Below, piece after piece: positions 32,883 through 43,570 of a stretch of DNA of 64,000 nucleotides (within the stretch, counting starts at the first letter, position 1; each line of letters starts with the position of its first letter). The stretch is from contig CM074812.1 of assembly GCA_037447605.1 (NCBI GenBank), positions 1,550,001 through 1,614,000 on the forward strand, in the 5' to 3' direction. The notes beneath the pieces are model-generated. The model had not been told where the DNA came from, made no database searches, and saw only the letters and a list, made by a program, of their open reading frames with translations. Made by a program: the position numbers and the translations under genes. The DNA comes from Zygnema circumcarinatum SAG 698-1b (Eukaryota > Plantae > Zygnematophyceae).

Positions 32883-35596
32883 TCTCTCTCTCTCTTTCCC
32901 TCTCTTTCTTCCCCTCCCTTTCCCGTACTCTTTGTCGAACCCAGCAGAAGTAGCTGAAAACTCACAAAAAGTTGTTTTTTGTTTATCTTTTCACTGAATC
33001 CACCTTCCTGCAATGGGTTTTTTCGCAGCTTGAAACCACGCTTCAAACCGGAGAAGATTTTGAAAGCCTCTCCAATTTCGATATTTTGGAATTTTTGAAC
33101 CCCACAGAGACTTCCTCCCGCACTTCCTACCCCTCCTCTCCCGCCTTCCGCGGAGTGTGGCCGGACTCCCTGAACCCCCACTCTCCCTCTCTCTCTCTCT
33201 CTCTCTCTGAACCCCGGGACAGTCCCTTCTCTCCCTTCCGACCCTTCGACTTTGAGGCAGACGGAGCCTCCTCCGCCTCCAGTCCTCGCCCCAAGCACAT
33301 GGGAAACCACTTCAAGTCAAAAAGCACAGAATTTTCATCAAGTGCTGAGGTAATGCTCTCTCTTTCTTGTTTTCTCTCTCTCTCTTTCTCTCTCTCCCTC
33401 TCTCTCGCTCTCCCCCTCTACCCCTCTCCCTCTCCCTCTCACTCTTTCTCTTTCTCTCTCTCTCTCCCTCCCTCTCCTTCTCCCCCTCCCCTCTCCCGCT
33501 CTCTCTTCCTTTCTCCCCCTCTCGCGCTCTCTCTCTCTCTCGCACACTTCGCCACTTCCCCCTCCCTCCCCCTCCCTCTCTCCCTCTCCATCCCTCCCTC
33601 TCTCTCCCCCTCCCCCTCCCNNNNNNNNNNTCCCTCTCTCCCTCTCCATCCCTCCCTCTCTCTCCCCCTCCCTCTCTCCCTCTCCCTCCCTCCCTCTCCC
33701 TCCCTCTCTCTCTCCCCCCCCCTCCCCCCTCTCCCTCCCTCTCCCTTCCCCCTCTCCCTCCCTCACTCCCTCCCTTTCTTCCTCTCCCTCCCTCACTCCC
33801 CCTCCCTCCCTTCTCCTCCCTCCCCCTCTCTCTCCCCCCGCAGGACGCCCCCCGCTCCCGCGCCCCTTCGAGCACCATCCAAAAAATGGCTTCAGGTGTG
33901 CGCGGATTGATCTCGGAGCTCTCATTGGCGGGTATGGTCACAGCCGCCTTTGAAGCCGCCGTCAGGAGCTACGAGAGCGAGCAGCAGAACGGAACTGTAA
34001 CTGAAACGGAGGAGAGCAACTGGAACAAGGAGCCTCTCCCGGAGATCAGAACCCTAAAATCCTTGAAGAGTTTGAAAACTCGGAAGGCCTTCAAAACCCC
34101 CAAAACCCCAAAAGCTCAAGGAATGGAACGGAACGGTACGGAAACTCCCCCAGAGAGCAGCCATGGAACCATGATTCGGAACGAGTCCTTCTCAAAATCA
34201 GACCCCCCTTCGCCTCCGTTGTCTGAGCCAGAATCGGAGTATCAATTCTCTCCCCCCCAAATGCCTAGAAACCCTAAACTGCCTGGAAACCCTAGAAACC
34301 CTAAAACTCAAAGAAACCCTAAAACCCCAAGAAACCCTTTGTCGGCGGAGTTTAAGAATGGGGAATCGAATGATGGAGAAAGTTCTCCCTTTGGTAATGG
34401 AAGCCCTCTCACAGGGAGGTCAGAAGGGGGCTCAGATTTAAGTGATGGGGAAGTAGTGCAGGTAGGATATAAGGAGAGTCCTAAGCAGGCTTCCGCAGTA
34501 AGAAACTTTTCGGGAAATTTGAAGTTGCAGGGGGCGAAAATTGGGGGCAAAATTGCAAGTCTTTTCCAGGGTTCAAAGATGTCAGGAGGAGAGGAGTGGG
34601 GGAGAACGCAGAGTATGGGAGAGATCGGAGTGGGGTTGAGAGGAGGAGAGAAGGGGAAGAATTTAGGGTTAAGGAGAATGTTGAGTTCTGATTTAGGAGC
34701 AGCTTTTGAAGGAGTGAAGGGGCCGAGATCAAGCAGGAGAAACAGTCTTGATTTGAGCGTTCCTACTTCTGGAATTGATCCTGATGAAGTTGAAGATAAG
34801 TGGAATACCAAAAGGTTAACAAGAAGAAATAGCACAAATATGTTGGAGCAGCCGGAAATGTCGGCTGTTCTTGACGATATTTTGGCTGCAGTGAAAGTGA
34901 AGGAGGGGCTGAGAGATGCAGGAGAGGAGGGAGAGGGAGTGGGAGTGGGAGAGAGGGGGGGGAAGAGCAGGAGGGAGAGAGAGAGAGAGGAGAGAGGAAG
35001 AGAGGGAGAGATGGGCCATGCAAGCAATAGCAAATATGGGCTGGATAGACCAGAATTAAAGGACCTGGAAGCGAAATATTTTGAACGGGTGTTAGCAGCG
35101 GAAGATTTCTTGGAGGAAACAGAAGATGAAACAGATGCAGAGGGCACAGAAACTGTCGCAGACAACAGTCACATGAACCGTGAAAACTGGGACACAGAAC
35201 AGAAAGGTGCACATGGAAACAGTGTGAATAGCGTTGAAACGGAGACTCTGGAGAATGGAGATTCGGTGGGAGAAGTTCCCAGAAGGGCTCATAGACGGAG
35301 CAGCATTACCCTTATTAGGGATACGAGCGCAGAGAAGGGATGGCTAGAAGAGCAGCTCAAGCACGCAGAGGGAAGCTTCTGGGAGCAGCAGCAGACCATG
35401 AACGACGACAGTGAAAAGGTGCTTAGATGATGGGGGATGGGCATGGGGATGGGTTTTTGGGTTTTTGGGTTTTTGGGTTTTTTGTGGAGAGTGGAGGTGG
35501 GTTTTGGGGTTTTGAGAGACCTACGGTTGTATCAGATGCGTGATGTTGGCTTATTCTTTCTTGTTTGAGGCCACTAGGTTTGCGCTTTCCAGTGTC

Positions 35597-35647
<51 letters not shown>

Positions 35648-38357
35648 ACTTCCGCCCCCCGCCCCCCCTCCCCCACTCTGTCTCTCTTTCTCCCTCGCCC
35701 CTCCCGCCTCCCTCTCTCTTACTGTGTCTCTCCGCCTCTCCCCCATCTCTCTTCCCCCTCCCCCCTCCTCTCCCCTCCCTCCCCTCCTTTTTCCCCTCCC
35801 CCACCTCCTCCACCCCTCTCTCCCCTTCCTCCCCCCCCCCTCCTCTACCCACCTCTCTCCCCCCCTCCTCTCCCCACTCTTCCCCCCCCCCTCTCCCCCT
35901 CCTCCTCTCCCCATCCTCTCCCCCCATCATCCCTTCCCCCCCCTCTCTCCCCACCTCTCCCCCCCTCTCCCCACCCTCCTCTCCCGCCATCTTTCCCCCC
36001 CCACTCTCTCCCCCCTCCTCCTCTCCCCCCCTCTCCCCTTTCCCCTCCCTTCTCTCTCCCCCTCCCTGCCTCCTTCCCTCCTTCCCTCCCTCTTGCAGGG
36101 CCCCTTCCCCCCCCCTCCCCCGCAGGCCCCCACGTACAGCCTCAGCCTCCTCTCCCCCCGCACCGTCTCCATCGCCGCCTTCTCCTCCGTTGAGTTCGCG
36201 GGCACTTTCACGGGCCGTCCAACGGAACTGGCCGCAGAGATCCTCCGTTCCATGATCTCCATCTACGAGCGCCTCGCCTCTAGGTCGGCGGCAACTGCCA
36301 CGTCAGCACCCTCCCGTACAACCCTAGGGCTAAATTTGGAAACTCCGAGCGGGAATTCTCCGGGCAGCCGAAACATTTCAGGGATGAATTTTGGCCGGCC
36401 GAGGCCCGGATATCGGAGCCTCGTGGGAGCATCTGGGCCGTTGGCGCCGATGCCGCTGGATCCGACCAATGAGGAGCTGTCCGAGACTCCCGGGGCAGTT
36501 CAAACGGGCAGCCACAAAAGTTTTGACTTCGGGGACGTCTTTCCCTCTCCCGGCAGTTCTATGGGCGAATTCGACGAATCAGTTTACGGGAGTCCGTCCA
36601 GTTTCAGCTCCGAATTTCCGGGGATTCAGGAAAAATCCGAAACTCGAAATCATAGTCAAACCCGAAGTCACGGGCAGGACTTCGACATTTTTCCGGCGCC
36701 TAACCGGAGGTCGTTCAGCCAATCAGAAGCCGTCGGGCAGCAGTCGGGGAAAGGCGGAAAAAACTTAAACTCGAATTTAGGGTTGAGTCGGTACCCGTCC
36801 CTTTCCGCCGCCGAATTTGAACGTTCCGGAAACTCGATTTTCTCCTTTGGGTTGAGGAAGTACGCCTCGGGGACCTTAAACCCTGTCGAGTCCCCCCAGG
36901 AGTCCCCCCGGGGACCCTCGAGGTCCCCCCGACCAATGAGCTTCCAGAACGGCGATCCGTACGGAGTCCTGCACGACCATCCTTGTCCGGACGCGGGGGA
37001 CTACGGGGACATGGTTTCAGTTACGTTGGCGCCGACGGCGGAGCAACGGGACGGGGCGGATGTAGCCACGCTGTGTCGGTACAGGTGAGGAGGGTTTAAG
37101 GTTTAGGGTTCGGGTTTAGGGTTTAGGGTTTGGGGTTAGAGTTTCGGGTTTAGGGTTTTGACTTTTGGGTTTCGGGTTTAGGGTTTTGACTTTTGGTTTC
37201 GGGTTTAGGGTTTTGAGTTTTGGGTTTTGGGTTTAGGGTTTTGAGTTTTGGGTTTTGGGTTTTGTTGGGTTTTGAGTTTTGGGTTCTGAGTTTAGGGTTT
37301 AGGGTTACGAGGGTTTTGGGTTTTGGGTTTCGGGTTTTGGGGCGGTTGGGAGGTTGGAAATTTGTGGCATGACAGCTTTGGTTAGGTTAGGTTTGGGTAG
37401 TCGGAGTAGTGACTAATACAACAAGCATGAGCATGAGCATTTCACGCTTGGGATGTGGTTCAAGTTGTTGGGAAGCGACTGGAGTGGTTCTAGGGATGCG
37501 ATTCAATAGGGAGGTTGACCCTCGCATGTGGATCTTGGATGGGTGGTGGATCGGAGAACAGAGCGCTGGTTGGCCAGCTGGAGTCGGTGGATCCCTCGCG
37601 GTTGAACCATGAGCAGAAGTTGGCGTTCTGGATCAACCTCTACAACGCTCTGCTTATGCATGTCAGTATGGGGCATGTAATGTATGGGGCATGTAATGTA
37701 TGGGGCATGTAATGTATGGGGCATGTAATGTATGGGGCATGTAATGTATGGGGCATGTATGGGGCATGTATGGTCACACATGGGTCCCATGGCTCATGAG
37801 GGTGGGAGAGAGCGGAAAAGAAAGCAAGAGAGAGGTCGAGGGCACAATTTTTCCCCTCCATGGAAGTGGCGATGCTTGTATTGAGAGTCTCCCCTGTTCC
37901 ATGTGTCTCCGTTCTGTTCCGTCCGCGCAGACGTACACGGAGCACGGACGGCCCCAAAGTCAGTCACGGCGAGCCTCCCTCATGGCGAAGGTACACTTCA
38001 CGTCACGTCACGGTGTTCCATGTTCCTTGCAGTCAGGCGTAGTTCCTGTCGGTTTCCATGTTGCTGCCCCCGTTCTGTTCTGCCTCGTATGCGACCTCTT
38101 ATTGACAAGCGTATGTACTGTTTGTAATTCTCGAGGAAGTTTCTGGCTGTAAGTTTGACTTGACTTGACTTGACTTGGCTGACTCTGCTGAATCCCTTGT
38201 GCAGGCTATGTACAAAGTGGGCAAATTTACAATCACTGCGACGGAAATCGAGCACGCGATTTTGAGGGCATGTTCGCAAAAATTGGCGCAGGTTGGTGCC
38301 TCCCTCTGTCTCTCGTTCCCTCCTTCCGTTCTCTCTCCCACACACCCCTCCCCCCCC

Positions 38358-38389
<32 letters not shown>

Positions 38390-40137
38390 CCTCAGTCACA
38401 CACATACACACAGACACTGACGCTGAACCGTCGATTATTGATCGTGCGGTTCACAGGTGTCGGTGAGCAGCAACCCCGCCATGAGATTTCTGGGCGGGCG
38501 AAAAGGATTCGCATCCTGGATGATGGTAAACCCTCAGAAAAAACACTTTCTGTTTCTGTTTCTGTTTCTGGTCTGAGTTTCTTATGTCAAACTACGCCAT
38601 ATCAAATTTGAAGTCTTCGTACCATGGCTCCTCAACCTCTCACGTTTTCCATGGAGCTTGGGCTTGACTTTACACAACTTCTAAAAAGGCTTCTATGAGA
38701 TTTTTTAGGTCCCTCCAAAGGACCCTGAACAAATCTATGGAGTTTAGAGAAGTTTTTTTTTTCTTAACATTTTTGAAGGGCTGCGATTTGGACAGATGGC
38801 GAAATTTGAGCGGTCGGATGAGCGGTCTGCCTGGGCGCTGACCAAGCCGGAGCCGCTTGTCACCTTCGCGCTCTGCCAGGGCGCCGTCTCCAGCCCCGCG
38901 GTAAGGGCACCCCTGAACCCTCAACCCTGCCGGTGGAGGATTTTAAAGTATTTAGGGTTTTAGGATTTTAGGGTTTTAGGGTTTTAGGGTTTTAGGGGTT
39001 TAGGGGTTTAAAAGTTTTGGTGTTTAGGGCTTTGGGATTGATTAATTGATCGTTGATGGATTTGGTTTTTTTAGGGTTTGCGGATTGACTGATGTGCCGG
39101 GGGAGAGGAGAAAGGCGGAGAGGGGAGGAGGGAGAGGGAGAGGGAGAGGAGAGGGAGAGGGAGAGGGAGAGGGAGAGGGAGAGGGAGGGAGAGGGAGAGG
39201 GAGAGGGAGAGGGAGAGGGAGACTGACGTTCTCGTGGCTGAACCAAATGCTAAATATGTGTATGTATGGAATGTTTTTATTTCGCAGCTACGAATTTACA
39301 CGGCGGAGAATGTAATGAACGAACTTGAAACGGCAAAGGCGATGTTCCTCCTTGCGTCGGTCGGAGTTTCAAGATCGAACAAAATCCTCTTATCGAAGGT
39401 CCTCTCCTGGTGCGTACCTGAATTCGAGGACTTATTCTCTCTTATATTTTCTCTCGCTCTCTCTCCTTTTTCCTTCTCTCACCCCTCTCTCCTCTGTTGT
39501 CTTCACTCCGCCTCCAATCCTCTCCCCCTCCCAATCTCCCCCCTTTTATGCATCATATTGCTCGTCCTTCACTCCTCTGCCTGCCTTGCCACCTCTCCCT
39601 CTCTCTTTCTCATCTCCCCCTCGTGCGTCGTTTCGCTCTCTTAACACCTCTCCCTCACCCTCACCCTCACCCTCATCCTCTCTCTCTCACCCTCTCACCC
39701 TCTCACCCTTCTCACCCTCTCACCCTCTCACCCTTCTCACCCTCTCACCCTCTCACCCTTCTCACCCTCTCACCCTTCTCACCCTCTCACCCTCTCACTC
39801 CCTCACTCCCTCACTCTCTCACCCCTCGCCCTCTCCTCACCTCACTCCCTCACCTCTCTCCCTCTCCCTCTCCCTCTCCCTCAGGTATGGCCGAGACTTC
39901 GTCTCCGACGACTCCAAGTTGGCCGAGTGGGTCGCCCACCAGCTGCCCGAGCCCCAAGGGAGCATTGTGGCCGCCCGCCTGCCGTACGGACGGAAGGCAC
40001 ACGTAACCTCAAAATTCGTGGAATCCGTTCCGTTCGACTGGTCGTTCCGTTACCTCATGGAGCCCCTCCCCGGCCGTTTGCCCCCTCCCAGACGGCACTT
40101 CGCCCGGCCCTCGCAACATCACGGCTTCAGAACTTAG
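30142..40137 (+). CDS. MIP1 leucine-zipper / DUF547 domain protein, paralog B, about 1421 aa, 16 coding exons
   Basis: Exons: 30142-30179, 31073-31133, 31382-31459, 31821-31898, 32158-32420, 32754-32823, 33029-33349, 33844-35418, 36099-37084 (PTELAAEILRSM..DPYGVL), 37562-37661 (QKLAFWINLYNALLMH), 37931-37990, 38205-38291 (IEHAILR), 38457-38525 (tentative), 38796-38900 (PEPLVTFALCQG..SSPA), 39288-39409, 39885-40137 (YGRDF..FDWSFRY, stop). The 4266-nt sum is in frame. The start codon and first exons are uncertain. Confidence 0.87.
32461..32610 (+). repeat. Intronic telomere-like array (TTTAGGG, TTAGGGG, TTAGGG)
   Basis: Directly visible; fills much of intron 32421-32753. Confidence 0.93.
37092..37340 (+). 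repeat. Intronic degenerate telomere-like array (TTTAGGG, TTCGGG, TTTTGGG)
   Basis: Begins just after the donor at 37085; higher-order units such as GGGTTTAGGGTTTTGA(C/G)TTTT recur. Confidence 0.9.
37666..37773 (+). repeat. 16-bp minisatellite (GTATGGGGCATGTAAT) x5 plus partial copies
   Basis: Tandem copies immediately after the donor at 37662. Confidence 0.92.
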
Positions 40138-41746
40138 CCAATTCCTGCATGGTTAACCAACTCTTTCATGGTTAACCCACCCTTGCATGGTCTCCAAAAT
40201 AGTATATATTTGTGACATATAGCATTGCTCGCCTCCATTTAATTACATTCCATGCTGTTGTTAGGGTCATGCTTTTTTTTTTATTTTTTTTCGGTTTTGT
40301 ATTGTCATGGGTTTCAACATTGAAGCCCCGTCAGTCCGCATGCTCAAGTTGTTGTTGCTTCCAATGTTAGAGTCTTAGAGCTTTAGCCATTTTAGGGTTT
40401 AGGGTTCTGAGGGGGAGGATAGATATCTAGGTGTAAAAAAAATTGCAGGTTTGACTGAAGGAAGGCTCTCATGCTTGAGTCTGAGAGGGAGATGTCAAGA
40501 GCAGACAAAAGTTCAGGGTTTAAGGTCCAGAGTTTAGGGTTTAGGGTTTAGGGTTCAAAGTTTAGGGTTCAGGGTTTAGGGTTTAGGGTTTCGGAAAAGG
40601 GCTCTTTTAGGTCAAATAAACTTATTAGAATCTTAAGGTTGAGAGATTTTCATGCAGTTAAAAAAAGAAAACTTGGAAAGGATATATCTAAAATCGGTCA
40701 AAATTTATGTCAATTTTTTTGGCATGAGACGGAGACAGAACTGAGGATAGAAAGCTCTTTTGATGAATGGAATAATTTATTTTATTTCTACAGAACGTGA
40801 GCTTCTGATAAGACCTATGTAAAGGCCAAATTTTTTTTAACTTCAAACTCTTTTTTTCTATTGGTAGGTTTGATGTTTGCTTGTCATTTTCGTTTGTGCC
40901 ATTTCTTTTTTTCTTTTTTTTATCTGTCTTGTAAATTCTTTCAATGTTCTTGGTATTATTTTTCCACTTCTTAATAAGGAAACAAACTGAAATACTCTTT
41001 GGAAGGATATGGTTGAAGGAGGTTGAAACAAGAGGATGCGAGGAACTTTGACCTAATTTTTTAAATTTTTGCTTTGTTTGTCGTTGTTGCTGTTTTCAAA
41101 CATTTTTATTCTCTCTTTCTTCCCTCTCTTCTCTCTCTCTCTATCTCTCTATCTCTCTTCTCTCTCTCTTCTCTCACTCTCTCTCTTCTCTCTCTCTCGC
41201 TTCTCTCTTCTGTGTCTCTCTCTCTCTCTCGAGAAGAGAGACGAAAGTTCAACGAAACACTGACCCCTCCCCTCCCTCCCCTATCCTCCCCGGCCCTCCC
41301 CTCCCGCCCACTCGTCTCTTCTCCCTTCCCCTTCCCCAAATAATATCATCTTTTAACATTGATGGGTTTTTAAAAGCTGCTTCAATAATGCGTATTCTGT
41401 GTACTTCTTGACAATCTTAGATTCGTAATTTCAGTTCTTCTCCTTATCTTGGATTCGCCTTGCCTCAATCCTCTCCCATTGCTGTTTCTCCCACTCCAGT
41501 CTTTGTCGTTGCATCTCCACTTGAGATTCCACACAAGCCATTACTTTGTGTTTCATTTGTACATTCATGGGAGAAGGACATTCAATGCTCAAAATTGCGC
41601 TAAAACAACAACCCAATTTAAAGTTTTAAAGGAAAAGGCAAAAAGCAATAAAAACAATTAAAAAAATAATAATAAATATTTGGCATATGAAGCGAAAACA
41701 CAAAAACTATAAATAAATAATAATAGAAGGATGAATAAACACTACA

Positions 41747-41817
41747 AGTCGAAGAGGGGATTCGAACCCCTTTATTACTGTTTTGCAACAGCTGCGTAGC
41801 CAACCCGCCACTTCGAC
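41747..41817 (-). tRNA. trnC: Degenerate tRNA-Cys(GCA)-like sequence of bacterial/organelle style, probably a pseudogene
   Basis: Minus strand GTCGAAG TG GCG GGTTGGCTA CGC A GCTGT TGCAAA ACAGT AATAA AGGGG TTCGAAT CCCCT CTTCGAC T gives a perfect 7-bp acceptor stem, a perfect T arm with TTCGAAT, a 3-bp D stem, GCA in the loop and a U73 discriminator. The anticodon arm is 16 rather than 17 nt, and position 14 is G rather than A. Confidence 0.65.
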
Positions 41818-41964
41818 TTAATGAAGGGAGAAGAATAACATACAGTCATACACGCAACAGAAGCATAAGAGAAGGAAAGAGAGGCACAAGCAAAGGCAAG
41901 GGAGGCAAGGGCAACACAACAAAAGGCAAAGGCAAGGAGGCTGGGGCAGGGGCAAGGGAGGCAG

Positions 41965-42485
41965 AATACGTAATGCGAAATGCGGAATGAGGAATGCGAA
42001 ATGCAGAATACGGAATGCAATAGCAAAAAAAGAAAATTGCTGCTGCAGCAACAAGAGCAGCTGCAGCGGAACGCCACGTGGCCAATCTGTTGACCTTGGT
42101 CAGTGCTACGAGTAACTAGCGGGCCCGCCACATCCGGCGGGTCGCTTAGCCGTAACGCACGTCCGACATGCGAACAGGAGCAGCGACAGCAGCAAAAACA
42201 ACAGCAACAGCAGCAGCAAAAAAAGCAGCAGCAGCAGCAGCAACAATAGCAGAAAAAGCAGCTGCAGAAAAAGCAGCAACAGCAACAGCAGCAGAAAAAG
42301 CAGCAGCAGCAGCAGCGGCAATGCGGAATGCGAAATGCGGAATGCAGAATGCAGCAGCAAAAAAAAATGAAAAAAAAAAACAAAAATGAATGCTGCAGCA
42401 GTAGCAGCAGCAGGAGCAGCATCACCAGGAGCAGCAGCAGCAGCAGCAATGTCGAATGCGGAGGGCGGAATGCCGAATGCGGGGA
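41965..42485 (+). repeat. (CAG/CAA)n tract interleaved with (GCGGAAT)-type heptamer runs
   Basis: GCAGCAGCA arrays at 42176-42450 and ATGCGAAATGCGGAATG blocks near 41970, 42320 and 42450. These produce the Cys-rich and Ala-rich ORFs. Confidence 0.88.
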
Positions 42486-42951
42486 CAGGGACAGGGGAGG
42501 CACAGGGGAGGCAAGGACTCACCACTGCTCACGTCCGCAGTCGTCACTTGCTCACCGGTCGCCGAGGGGGGTGGAAGGCGACATGGGGGTGGGGAGGGTG
42601 GGAACACACCGCAAGGGAAAAGAGACAGAGCGAGAGAATAGGTGAGAGGAAGCAAAGGAGAATAGCGAAAAATCGCCTCCTGTTCGCGACTCGCCTGCAG
42701 GTCCCCACACACGGCGCACCTTTGCCGACGTCGCCGGCTCACCGTTCACTGGGGGGAGGCCAAAGGTCGCTCTGCTCGCTCCGCTGCAAGGATAGCTCGG
42801 GCGATGGCGAGGGAGGAGCCCTAAACCCTAAACCCGTGCTGATCTGAGCTCGCAGCGAGCGAGCAGGCGGGCAGGCGGCGGGACGCTGCTCGCGCGGTGG
42901 TGTCGCCACTCGTAGGGCGGCGGGCGGCGGGGAGCGCGGCGGGGCGAAAAG

Positions 42952-43124
42952 GGGGGAGTCAGACCTGGCCCGGAGATGCAAAAGGTTACGAAATTGCTCT
43001 CTTGAATTCGCGGCGTCGAACCTGCCGAACCTGCACTTTTACTGAAAACGCCCGCCGTACAATGCTTAATTCGCCCGACAGGCTTACGAAATTGATTTGG
43101 CGATGGTCAAGGTCTGACTCCCCC
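42952..43124. mobile_element. 173-bp MITE-like element with perfect 14-bp terminal inverted repeats
   Basis: GGGGGAGTCAGACC (42952-42965) and GGTCTGACTCCCCC (43111-43124). A second homologous copy lies at 419-627. No target-site duplication is recognisable. Confidence 0.65.
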
Positions 43125-43570
43125 TATTTGATGAAGTTGAAATCTAACGATGATGGTCATTTCATCATCATCCGTCGACTCTTTCACATCATTCTTTCAT
43201 CACGCTGTGCTTCATAGTGAGAGGAGGCGTTTGGCGAAAAAAAACATGAGTTGAAGGAAGCAAAGGGAGGGACTGCGCCCGGCCATGACAAGAGAGCAAA
43301 CCCTAATTTGCCGCATCATGCCATCATCATGCGCCTTTTCACCTGCGCTATAGAAACCCTAACCCTAACCCTAATTTCAGACAACTCTACAAATAATTGG
43401 CTGTAGCTTTCTCTATCTCTCTCTTTTCCTCTTCCCCCCCCCCTCTTCCCCTCACTCTCTCTTTCTTCCTCTCTCTCTCTCTCTTTCTCTCCCTCTCTCT
43501 CTCTCGCTTACTTCTCAGCTTGACTAGTAAACCTTATTCTGACCCTAACCCTACTCCTAACCCTATCAGT

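Noticed and set aside
41775-42503. Cys-rich metallothionein-like ORF (minus) and Ala-rich antifreeze-like ORFs (plus)
   Set aside because: Both strands are open simply because of (CAG)n; no conserved Cys spacing, and no splice or start context supporting them.
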